Positions 39,144 to 47,474 of a stretch of DNA of 64,000 bases are shown here, piece by piece (within the stretch, counting starts at the first letter, position 1; every line of letters begins with the position of its first letter). Source of the stretch: a virus (lineage: Duplodnaviria; Caudoviricetes). Under the pieces are notes generated by a model, which ran no database searches, had not been told where the DNA came from, and was given only the letters and a program-made list of their open reading frames with translations. The stretch lies in the IMG/VR virus record IMGVR_UViG_3300032318_000186, positions 660 through 64,659 of that record. One strand, given 5' to 3'. The translations under genes were made by a program, and so were the position numbers.

Positions 39144-39476
39144 TTAGCACATCCCGCCAGACTTCATAGAAATCATCTTACCTTTAGTATGGCCTTTCAT
39201 AACACAACCATCGGCACGAGTTACGCCGCCTTTAGCCATTCCGTGCATTTTCTTTTCGTGACCTTTAACAGCCTCGCCAGCAACTTTTTTCATCATTGGC
39301 ATGTCTTTTTTGATATCTTCGTGTTTCATAATTCCACCTTTTTGAAATTTTTTGCCTTTATCGGCGTTGTTAAACTCTTTACCCACAGATTGCGGGATTC
39401 CTACCTTCTTTGCAAATCCAGGGTTATGCGCAATTGCAGCCATGAAGTTGTGTTGTTTTTTACTTGTTGATGGCAT
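39144..39476 (-). CDS. Small basic protein with three xxGG motifs
   Basis: MPSTSKKQHNFMAA; FQKGG, MAKGG, MKSGG. Confidence 0.7.
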   Translation of the reverse strand: MPSTSKKQHNFMAAIAHNPGFAKKVGIPQSVGKEFNNADKGKKFQKGGIMKHEDIKKDMPMMKKVAGEAVKGHEKKMHGMAKGGVTRADGCVMKGHTKGKMISMKSGGMC

Positions 39477-39672
39477 CTGATTTTCCTAACCAACGTTGAA
39501 CAGTCTTAGTTTCGTAAATGCGGATAGCCGTCCAGACTATAGTAAATACAGCGGCAATAGCTGGTAACATATCTGCAAGGGTTCCTAGTACAGTTAAAAT
39601 AGAAGCAAAATCAATAATATGTTTGCTTGCTTCATCCATGTTCATAAACGGGTCTTTCATCAGCACTTCCAC
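39460..39672 (-). CDS. Small membrane protein
   Basis: Hydrophobic helix followed by IRIYETKTVQ. Confidence 0.6.
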   Translation of the reverse strand: MEVLMKDPFMNMDEASKHIIDFASILTVLGTLADMLPAIAAVFTIVWTAIRIYETKTVQRWLGKSDAINK

Positions 39673-39932
39673 CTTGCTAAACTTGCTGCCTTACGAGTAG
39701 GGCGACCTTTTTCATCTTTCATAGGACCGGGCATACCAGACATCCTAGCGCAAAAAGACTTACGACGACCAGCATCAGCTTTAGTCTTCGGATTTGGAGC
39801 TGGAGCTTTGAGATTTGATCCAGTAGCAGCATTATACTTAGCCCGTCCTTTTGCAGTAAGACCAGCTCCCTGAGAAACGGGAAGCTTCTCGCCTCTACCA
39901 ATAGCTAGAGAGGGACCTTTTTTCTTAGCCAT
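39660..39932 (-). CDS. Small basic protein, DUF6321-like
   Basis: GLTAKGRAKYN...RRKSFCARMSG...SLARWKC. Confidence 0.65.
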   Translation of the reverse strand: MAKKKGPSLAIGRGEKLPVSQGAGLTAKGRAKYNAATGSNLKAPAPNPKTKADAGRRKSFCARMSGMPGPMKDEKGRPTRKAASLARWKC

Positions 39933-40437
39933 AGTAAATATTTGCTGCAGTCAAATTAGTCATATAAGCGTAAACACCAGTAATGGCTCTTACACCTTCG
40001 CCTGGAATAAATGGAGCATTATTATAAGTGTCTCCAGCGGCTATGTCGTATGTAGCTAGCCATTTTCCTGTGGAATAAACCATTGTTGCACCAGCAGTGA
40101 TGCTTCCAGAGTTAATATCAGTTACAGTAAAAGACCCTGAAGTAAGAACCGTAACGGCATAGTTTCCATTAGTACCAGCTCCACCAGTACCGACAGCAAA
40201 GTCAATACCAATAACTTGTCCATTAGTTAAACCGTGAGCCGCTTGTGTAACAGTTACCAAAGTTCCTGCACGAGCATAAGTAGCTGTAGTTACAGGTGCG
40301 GTTACAGTATCAAATAAACTAAGCGTCCCAGCAGTAGCGCTTCCAGTTAATGAAAGCCCTTTAATGCGGGTACCAAATGGTACCAAAATACCGCTTTGGT
40401 TTAAATGCGCTTGTTTTACATCATATTGCATTGCCAT
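39925..40437 (-). CDS. Virion structural protein
   Basis: Thr/Gly/Ala-rich beta protein in the head cluster. Confidence 0.6.
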   Translation of the reverse strand: MAMQYDVKQAHLNQSGILVPFGTRIKGLSLTGSATAGTLSLFDTVTAPVTTATYARAGTLVTVTQAAHGLTNGQVIGIDFAVGTGGAGTNGNYAVTVLTSGSFTVTDINSGSITAGATMVYSTGKWLATYDIAAGDTYNNAPFIPGEGVRAITGVYAYMTNLTAANIYYG

Positions 40438-40487
40438 AATTAATCTCCTAAAGATTTAAGTGGGGGACAAATCCCCCGTAAGATTAA

Positions 40488-40979
40488 TTAAACGTCTTGT
40501 GATTCGTTTGTAGCAACGAAGTAAGTTAATACTCCAGAAACGTTACCAGCAGCACCAGTATTAGCTGTGCTTACAACGACTGTCAAATTAGTTGCATTAG
40601 CAATGTTGCCTAAAGAAGCGCCACCACCTGTACCACCAACTTGCACGTTTACACGGCTAGTAGATGTAGCATTAGCTAAAAAGCCTTGTGGAACTTTAGT
40701 ACCTAAAGTGGTAGTTTGACCAGGACCTACACCGATCAATGGGGTAAACCCTAAGTCGATTGAGCCTGTTGAGCCTTTAGTAATAGAAACAGCGGTAACA
40801 ACGGCATTAGCTGGAAGAATGACTGTAGAAGAATCAGTAGCAGATACAGTAATGTTTGCGGTTGCAGCGATGTTAGCGATATAAAACGGCAGGCTCATTT
40901 GCATAGAACCAGCGGAAGCTGTGCGTGTGGAATCACCACCTGTTGAGCGCCATACGGCTGAGGTTGTTGCGTTTGTCAT
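40488..40979 (-). CDS. Virion structural (decoration-like) protein
   Basis: ILPANAVVTAVSI motif; directly downstream of the capsid gene. Confidence 0.6.
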   Translation of the reverse strand: MTNATTSAVWRSTGGDSTRTASAGSMQMSLPFYIANIAATANITVSATDSSTVILPANAVVTAVSITKGSTGSIDLGFTPLIGVGPGQTTTLGTKVPQGFLANATSTSRVNVQVGGTGGGASLGNIANATNLTVVVSTANTGAAGNVSGVLTYFVATNESQDV

Positions 40980-41069
40980 GATAAATTGTCCTTACATACA
41001 AGATAAAGCCTATTAATCGGTATGTCGTCTGCCGGGACAGTTTAATAGGCCGGCTTCCCGGTTTAATTG

Positions 41070-41098
41070 ATATTACTACAAATACAAATAAATGCAAG
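41070..41098 (-). promoter_or_regulatory. Sigma70-like promoter TTGCAT-17-TAATAT
   Basis: Located downstream of the capsid terminator, ahead of the next gene. Confidence 0.55.
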
Positions 41099-41107
41099 TA
41101 AATAAAG

Positions 41108-41132
41108 AAAAACCCCGCCTTTTGAGCGGGGT
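41108..41132 (-). terminator. Intrinsic terminator after major capsid gene
   Basis: ACCCCGC-TCAAAAG-GCGGGGT followed by TTTT on the - strand. Confidence 0.85.
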
Positions 41133-41155
41133 CTAAAGTCGTGGACTTTAAAGTA

Positions 41156-42064
41156 TTAGGCTCCAGCGGAACCGTACATACCGAGGGGATCAGACCAACC
41201 AAATGAATAACGCTCACGAGACTTGTAACGAACGTTACCTGTATCGAAATCGCCGTCCATAGACTGGCTGAGTGGGGAACGAACAAAGTGTTTCATTCCG
41301 TTTGGAACATCAGTTGTCAAGAACCAAGCATTGGTGTCGGTCAAGAAGTGGTTAACAGTGTAACCTTCTGAAACAGAACCGTTGTTCTTAATTGCGTTGA
41401 TGTCGTTGTCGTTTGTACCAACACGTAGTTCTGTTTCTAGCAAACGAGTTGCAACGAACTGTAGTGAAGGAGGAACAACTAACTTCTTAGGTCTAGCAGC
41501 GATCAACAAGCCACGCTCATCTGTCCACAAGGAGATTTGAATAACAGCGTTTTCCAACGAAGTTTCATTCAAGTCAGCTGCAGTAGATGGAATGTTGCTG
41601 TTTGTGCCACCAGAGACTAATGGATGGGCAGCGGAGAACAAAGGCTGACCGTCACCACCAGTGTAGCTAGTGCTGAAACCGTTGTTTAGGACGGCAGCAG
41701 CTTTAACTTGCTTGGTGTAAGCCATAGCACGAGCTAATGCCTTGGTGTAACGAGCGGATAACGAGTCATACAAGTTATCTTCGATAGCTTCTTCAGTCAA
41801 ACTGAAGCCCAAAGCGATTGTTTCGTGGTTGTAGCGAGCAGTCCATGCTTCTTGTGCATTGTCATAAGCGATGGCAGAACCTTCGTTTTTAACAGGTGCA
41901 GCAGAGAAACCAGAAAGCTTTGTTTCTTCTTCGAATGAACGCTCAGAAGTCTCAGTATCGTAGATTTCTTTGTGTTCTTGACCGTAAGTAGCATACTCAA
42001 GACCGAACAATGCGTTCAAACCTGGGAGCAACTCTTTCAGTAGTTGTGCGCGTGAAATAGCCAT
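41156..42064 (-). CDS. Major capsid protein (Mu gpT-like)
   Basis: MAISRAQL.KEL.PGLNALFG.EY, S.RSFEE, RYKSRERYSFG.SDP; strong terminator follows. Confidence 0.9.
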   Translation of the reverse strand: MAISRAQLLKELLPGLNALFGLEYATYGQEHKEIYDTETSERSFEEETKLSGFSAAPVKNEGSAIAYDNAQEAWTARYNHETIALGFSLTEEAIEDNLYDSLSARYTKALARAMAYTKQVKAAAVLNNGFSTSYTGGDGQPLFSAAHPLVSGGTNSNIPSTAADLNETSLENAVIQISLWTDERGLLIAARPKKLVVPPSLQFVATRLLETELRVGTNDNDINAIKNNGSVSEGYTVNHFLTDTNAWFLTTDVPNGMKHFVRSPLSQSMDGDFDTGNVRYKSRERYSFGWSDPLGMYGSAGA

Positions 42065-42074
42065 TTATAGCTCC

Positions 42075-42692
42075 TTAAGCGGTATAGTCAACGCCGGTAA
42101 GGGCTGTTAACTGTGGATTGTTGATCTTAACGATAACTTCTGGATAAAACAATGTGCCTGTTGAATTGGCATATGCTGTATCTGGAACTACCGCTACTAC
42201 ACGGAAAGGCAAGGTTGTTGCGTTACCAAGGGCATTTGCTGGCAATACTACAGAAGAGCCAGAATCACCAGTGGTTGTAGAGCCTGCACCGTATGCTGTT
42301 GCTACGTTTGTACCAACGATAGTAATGTTAGCGCCTGTTACTACGCTTGTATTACCTGTTGTTGTCACAGCGACTTTGAAAGCAGCTGTTGGGTCTACTA
42401 CGATGTAACCGATTGGATTAGTTACACCAGAACCTGGGTAGTATTGTGCCTGAACAGTTTGACCTGAAGAGTTAACATACTGACAACCGACAAAAGTACC
42501 AATAATAGTACCAGAGGTAGTTGCACCAGATAAAGAGATTGTGCCCCCCGCGACGATTTTAACTGTATCGCCGTTATAAATTGCTGTACCTGTTGTAAGT
42601 GGATATTGAAGCGTCGCACCTGCATATGGTAAGCCGTCTACACGGTTTACAGCTTTAAAGCCGTAGGGAGAATTGATGGTTGGATAAGCCAT
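42075..42692 (-). CDS. Capsid cement/decoration protein
   Basis: PYGFKAV, GTAIYNGD.V, G.FVGCQY; directly upstream of the capsid gene. Confidence 0.65.
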   Translation of the reverse strand: MAYPTINSPYGFKAVNRVDGLPYAGATLQYPLTTGTAIYNGDTVKIVAGGTISLSGATTSGTIIGTFVGCQYVNSSGQTVQAQYYPGSGVTNPIGYIVVDPTAAFKVAVTTTGNTSVVTGANITIVGTNVATAYGAGSTTTGDSGSSVVLPANALGNATTLPFRVVAVVPDTAYANSTGTLFYPEVIVKINNPQLTALTGVDYTA

Positions 42693-42713
42693 TATAAAAC
42701 TCCTAAATTAAAT

Positions 42714-43169
42714 TTAATTACCTTTACCAAAGGAACTTGAGGACTTACGCTCTTGGAAGAGTGGCATCCGTGGGTCGCTTTGGCGCATTAAATTATTGTC
42801 TACAGCCTCTGTTTGAGCTTGTGTTTGCTTGGCATAATGATCGTTACGCTGCTGCACAAATTCAATTGGAGTCTTGCAAAGCAATAATCCACCGATCTCA
42901 ATGTTGTCTTTATAACGACTATTGGGGTCGATTAACAGTTGGAATTTTGGTTGTTCTTCAATCCTTACTGCTTCCCAACCTTCTCGCAATTTAGCGGATA
43001 AGTTGCGTGGATCAGCATTATTTAGGGTTGAGACACGAATCCAACGATAAGCATAGCCAGCCTCTTTGTCAGGCTCAGGGAGTAACTCAGCGGGTGCCCA
43101 CTGTTTAGGGCGCTCTTGGGTTTCACGGCTTTCCAGCTCACGTTTAAGTCTATTCTTTACTTCAGCCAT
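42714..43169 (-). CDS. Conserved head-module protein
   Basis: YRWIR, KLREGWE, GGLLLCK; start after GGAGG at 43169. Confidence 0.7.
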   Translation of the reverse strand: MAEVKNRLKRELESRETQERPKQWAPAELLPEPDKEAGYAYRWIRVSTLNNADPRNLSAKLREGWEAVRIEEQPKFQLLIDPNSRYKDNIEIGGLLLCKTPIEFVQQRNDHYAKQTQAQTEAVDNNLMRQSDPRMPLFQERKSSSSFGKGN

Positions 43170-44145
43170 TCTGGGCCTCCAGTTTTGTAAGTTCACGGGC
43201 GTACTGCTCAGGTGTTAGTCCTAGTTTTTTGGCTAGGGCAACTTGCGTACTACTTAACCTAATCTTTCTAGGCGAAGTACTGCGCGATGCTGGCGCTACA
43301 ACCGTACTTGCTTTAGGTTTTGAAGTTTTCTGTGGTTCTTCTGCCCTAACTTTTTCAGTTCCATAATCTTGATCGTTTTCAAAATTTTCAGGAAACCGAC
43401 GACGCATTGTTTTATCAATATTGTCGTAATACTCATCCGAACCGATTGTTACACCGTTCCGTTTTAACTTCTCATGCAATCCTAGAGCAAGCGAGGTCAT
43501 TTCTTCGTCTTGACCAAACCACTCATTCCTTTGTTGCCAGTCGACAGCTTTATTGTCGGGACGAGGAATAGATTGCTCTTGGGAGATTTGTACCTCATTC
43601 TGCTCATCTTCGACAGGTTTTCTGTAAATTGGGTTGTAATTGTCCAATTTATCGACTTTAATCTTTGCCATTGTCAAACGTTCTTGTGCTTCAACTAGCT
43701 TTTCGGAATCCCCTGCGTCATAAGCATCACGGTATTCTTTTTTAGCAGCTGATAGTTCCTGAACGGCTGAGTGTCTAGCAACACCTACATACTCCTCTTC
43801 ACCACTAGAAAGCTTGGATTTGAGTTGTTTATTCTCATCAGCCAGCCTTTGAGCGATCCGAATAGCTTCTTGGCGTTCCCTATCGGCAGATTCTTTAGCA
43901 CGACGTTCATCATGCCAAACTTTTTTCATCTTAATAAGCTTGTCTTTGGCCTCAACGCTGTACTGATCTAGCTCATCAGCATCTAGTTTAAGGTTTTTGA
44001 CTTCTTCTTCAGATACAGGTTGGCGGTTACGATCCTTTGGTGGGGTGTCGTCTTCGATCTCAATTTCAATTTCTTGTTCTTTTTCGAGTTCTACCGAAAT
44101 ATCGGGTTCTTTCTCGTCGGGAAACTTAAATTCATCTTTGTCCAT
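43162..44145 (-). CDS. Capsid scaffolding protein
   Basis: Acidic coiled coil; N.WFG.D; C-terminal AKKLGLTPEQYA. Confidence 0.75.
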   Translation of the reverse strand: MDKDEFKFPDEKEPDISVELEKEQEIEIEIEDDTPPKDRNRQPVSEEEVKNLKLDADELDQYSVEAKDKLIKMKKVWHDERRAKESADRERQEAIRIAQRLADENKQLKSKLSSGEEEYVGVARHSAVQELSAAKKEYRDAYDAGDSEKLVEAQERLTMAKIKVDKLDNYNPIYRKPVEDEQNEVQISQEQSIPRPDNKAVDWQQRNEWFGQDEEMTSLALGLHEKLKRNGVTIGSDEYYDNIDKTMRRRFPENFENDQDYGTEKVRAEEPQKTSKPKASTVVAPASRSTSPRKIRLSSTQVALAKKLGLTPEQYARELTKLEAQNG

Positions 44146-44155
44146 TAGCTACTCC

Positions 44156-44566
44156 TTAAATGTATTTTCGACTGATGCCACGAGGATCCTGAACTACGGC
44201 CTCTACGGAGTCATCATTGATAATGCGGAATTCACGACCATGAATAATCAGACGTGTACCTGCATTAGGACGGGTTAAAATGAAATCGCCTTGTTTACAC
44301 CAGGCCCCGGTTGGAAAACGGCTAGGGTCTTTAAAACAATCTGGACCCATTGCAACCACAAAAAGCACGGTTGTTAAGAGTTCGTCATGTCGGCGTGTTT
44401 CATCAGATTTGATAATGCCGCTATCGTAGGCCTCGTCGGATTCCGGAATAGCGCATAACATTCTGTATCCCGTTGGTTCTGGGAGTTGCTTTGCTTTGTC
44501 TTCTGCTGCTTTGTGCATAATCGCACTTAAATCTACTGCTTGTGATAAGTCTATAGAGCTATTCAT
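44156..44566 (-). CDS. groES: GroES-like co-chaperonin
   Basis: PTGYRML, VVAMGPD, CKQGDFI, RIINDDSVEAVV. Confidence 0.85.
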   Translation of the reverse strand: MNSSIDLSQAVDLSAIMHKAAEDKAKQLPEPTGYRMLCAIPESDEAYDSGIIKSDETRRHDELLTTVLFVVAMGPDCFKDPSRFPTGAWCKQGDFILTRPNAGTRLIIHGREFRIINDDSVEAVVQDPRGISRKYI

Positions 44567-44759
44567 CGTCAGAATGTTCCAAGTTTTTTCTTAGGTCTAA
44601 TATATTAAGACGTGCGGTTAGCAGACCTTGTATCTCACCACACTTCTTTTGGTAATCAGCGTAGTCAGTTGCTGCGCCTTTTCCTAGAGACTCCTGTAAA
44701 ATCTCCACCTTCTCATCTATTTGTCGTAATAGATGATTTAGTCCTTTTTCAAGCATCAT
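44559..44759 (-). CDS. Small coiled-coil protein
   Basis: DYADYQKKCGEIQGL. Confidence 0.7.
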   Translation of the reverse strand: MMLEKGLNHLLRQIDEKVEILQESLGKGAATDYADYQKKCGEIQGLLTARLNILDLRKNLEHSDDE

Positions 44760-47206
44760 TCACCTTTCATGCTCATTTCTTTTGCAATTTGCATGCCCAT
44801 TCTTACGCCTTCCATCTCTTGTTCAGAAGTACGGTTTTTATCATCCGTCTGAACTTTAATAGAGGCGTTAAGTCCGGCAATACGTTCTTGCGAAGTAATA
44901 CGATCTCGCTCAATCTGGAGTCGGTCAGCTTTCTCTGCCGTATCCGCCATGAGCTTTTTCTCTTTTAGCTCAAGCTCTTTAGCCTGTAACTGTAACTCTT
45001 GTTGTTGCATTTGAATCACTGGATCTTGCTGTGCCTGTTGTGCTTGCTGAGCTGCAATTTCAGTCTTATTGCGTTGTAACAACTTCATTGAAGCATCGGC
45101 AGCCAAACGAGAAAGCTGTAGTTCAACTTCTGGTGGCAACTTAGCATCGTCTTCCTCACTATAAGGAATTGGCGCACCAATCATTTCTTCAATCTGTTGA
45201 CGGTATGCGTAACCTAAATGCTCATTAATATGGGCTAACATAGCGGCTTGCAATTGTGGGGCAGCTGGATTCATTTGTAGAATCTGTTGAATCTTAGGGT
45301 CTTGCATAGCGCTCATGTGAACCTTGATATGAGCTTCATGGTCTTGGTAGATAAACGCTTTAAGTGGTTTACCTCTTAGGACATTCATGTTTTCCGTAAC
45401 CGGGTCAGTTGGCTTCTGGTCATCTTCCATCGGCACGAGCTTTGACGCATTCTTAATCCCCAGTACGTCGAGCATCTGCCTGTGTAAGAGTGGGAGGTTA
45501 TAAAGTTGGGGTGCTCCCTGGGCCAATTGAAGTACTGCTTGGTACTGGACAATCTTTTGTGCCATCGTCGCCGCATTGGGATCCGACACTGGAATAACTT
45601 CGCAATTATCATAGTCAGACTTCTTAGCCTTGGGCGAGCCTTCAACCGGTTCGTACGAATACTCATCTGGTGTGTACTCCGCAATGATTTTCTTTAAGAG
45701 TTTAAACTCTTGTTTCATTGAATAGTGAATACGGGCTTGAATAGCCGACATCACTTTTAGTGTGCGCTCCAAAATCGCCAAAGTTGTTCCAACAGGAGCG
45801 TTAGCGCTCATATCAGATACTTTCATATCACTTGCAGAAGCAAATGAACGACCTTCGGCAATAATCTTATCTAACAACCCAGCCAGAACCAGTGAAGGTT
45901 CTTTGTACGGCAGGGTCATAATGTTGTCTTTCATTGTTCCAGACGGTACATCTACGTCACGGAACTCACCCGGTGCTATCGGCGTGTCGTCGCCTTTGGT
46001 GCGCAATCCACGGGTCTTAAAGCCACCTGGCAAGTTGCTAAGCGATCCAGCATCAACCAATTGGCGGAGGATGGAAGTGCCTGATTTAGCAAATGCACCG
46101 ATAAGATGAATAAGACCAAAGCAGTAGAAGCCAAAGCCGGGTATATAACCATAGTGAACAAAGTGTTGACGCTTTTGATGAGTTTCATCGTCCGGCTCCC
46201 AATTTCGTCTAATCGAAAGAACGGTCATACTACCTTTTTCGATAGTCACTACGTATGGCAAAGCTATGCCCGTAGGTTCCCCGTCCTCATCCTTATGCTC
46301 GTAACCACGTAAATCTAAGTTAACGTGCATCTCAAGAACCTTAAAACGATCGTCGCTAGTGGCTCTAAATCCGAGTTTCTCGGCAATCTTTTTCTCAACG
46401 TCATCTAGTACGTTGTCTGGTGTACCTAAGTCTACATCACGATAAAAACCCGCTACTTGCAAACGACGAAGTTCATTTTCTGTCTTTCGCATTGTGTGGG
46501 TTACACGCTCTGAAGTCTCTAAACTAGACGCACCGTATGGAACTACGATGTCTTCAGCCGGTACAAACATACTGACCTGACGATCTAACGCTGGATCAAT
46601 GTAAACCTTTTTAAACGCATTACCAGCAAGACCCAAGCCCCATAACATACGCTCATGCTCAGGGCGGTACTCTTGCATACGGTCAGTTAACTGATAGTTC
46701 ATATCGTCTTGGACACGCTCAGCAGATTCTTTTTTTGCTGGTGTTTCTTTACCGATAATTTGTGTCTTAACTGGACCTGCAGCGGGAAACGTAGCCATCA
46801 TTGTTTCTGATTGAAACTTAACAAGGGCCTCACTTAAGATAGGGTGATATACACCACAAGCGCCGGGCCAAGGCTCCATACGCTCTTCAATTTTCATACC
46901 AAGAAGCTCAAGTCCGTCTACATACGTCTGTATCCAATCTTTACGAGAAGCAATGTCAGAATCAAAATCTTCAATCAGGTCGCCAACTATTTCAGTTAAG
47001 TCGCCATCACTCATGTACTCGGCTAAGTTTGCGTCAAAGTCTTCGTCGCTTGGTTCTTCTTTTTCTAGGTTTATTTCTAAACCATCCATGTCAATGCTAA
47101 CTGACTCTGGGTCTTCAATCTCAATCTCAATGTCTGGTTCCGCAGCTGCTAGAGCTTCAAGTCCTTCTGGTGCTTCGTATAAACCTTTGTCGATGTTTGT
47201 CGCCAT
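44756..47206 (-). CDS. Portal protein
   Basis: HPILSEAL.KFQ..FPA.GPVK, G.AFKKVY, PVGTTLA; 816 aa; follows the terminase. Confidence 0.9.
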   Translation of the reverse strand: MATNIDKGLYEAPEGLEALAAAEPDIEIEIEDPESVSIDMDGLEINLEKEEPSDEDFDANLAEYMSDGDLTEIVGDLIEDFDSDIASRKDWIQTYVDGLELLGMKIEERMEPWPGACGVYHPILSEALVKFQSETMMATFPAAGPVKTQIIGKETPAKKESAERVQDDMNYQLTDRMQEYRPEHERMLWGLGLAGNAFKKVYIDPALDRQVSMFVPAEDIVVPYGASSLETSERVTHTMRKTENELRRLQVAGFYRDVDLGTPDNVLDDVEKKIAEKLGFRATSDDRFKVLEMHVNLDLRGYEHKDEDGEPTGIALPYVVTIEKGSMTVLSIRRNWEPDDETHQKRQHFVHYGYIPGFGFYCFGLIHLIGAFAKSGTSILRQLVDAGSLSNLPGGFKTRGLRTKGDDTPIAPGEFRDVDVPSGTMKDNIMTLPYKEPSLVLAGLLDKIIAEGRSFASASDMKVSDMSANAPVGTTLAILERTLKVMSAIQARIHYSMKQEFKLLKKIIAEYTPDEYSYEPVEGSPKAKKSDYDNCEVIPVSDPNAATMAQKIVQYQAVLQLAQGAPQLYNLPLLHRQMLDVLGIKNASKLVPMEDDQKPTDPVTENMNVLRGKPLKAFIYQDHEAHIKVHMSAMQDPKIQQILQMNPAAPQLQAAMLAHINEHLGYAYRQQIEEMIGAPIPYSEEDDAKLPPEVELQLSRLAADASMKLLQRNKTEIAAQQAQQAQQDPVIQMQQQELQLQAKELELKEKKLMADTAEKADRLQIERDRITSQERIAGLNASIKVQTDDKNRTSEQEMEGVRMGMQIAKEMSMKGE

Positions 47207-47207
47207 A

Positions 47208-47474
47208 TTATTTATTCCTAAATGTTGCTCTATTAGTTTTTGGGTCGTACTTAAAATTCTTTGCCGCCTCGCCAGTACGTTTTGTTGCTCTATCTATTGC
47301 ACGTTCCTCAGCCGTCATTGAGTCTCGTTTTTTACCTTCAAGAGTTAATGTTTTACCATCAGCTTTTAAATGTCCACGTTTCTGTAAAATCCCAATAGCG
47401 GTATTTTTATTGCCTACTTGAGCTGCCAAGCGGTCAATCAGTTGGTTTTTACCCATAAACTTTTGTGTAGTCAT
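47208..47474 (-). CDS. Small basic protein
   Basis: ORF between terminase and portal. Confidence 0.65.
   Translation of the reverse strand: MTTQKFMGKNQLIDRLAAQVGNKNTAIGILQKRGHLKADGKTLTLEGKKRDSMTAEERAIDRATKRTGEAAKNFKYDPKTNRATFRNK

Noticed and set aside
40462-40477. GGGGGA-CAA-ATCCCCC hairpin as a terminator
   Set aside because: Lacks an adjacent U-run in the sense direction; more likely a processing or stability hairpin, and support is too weak.
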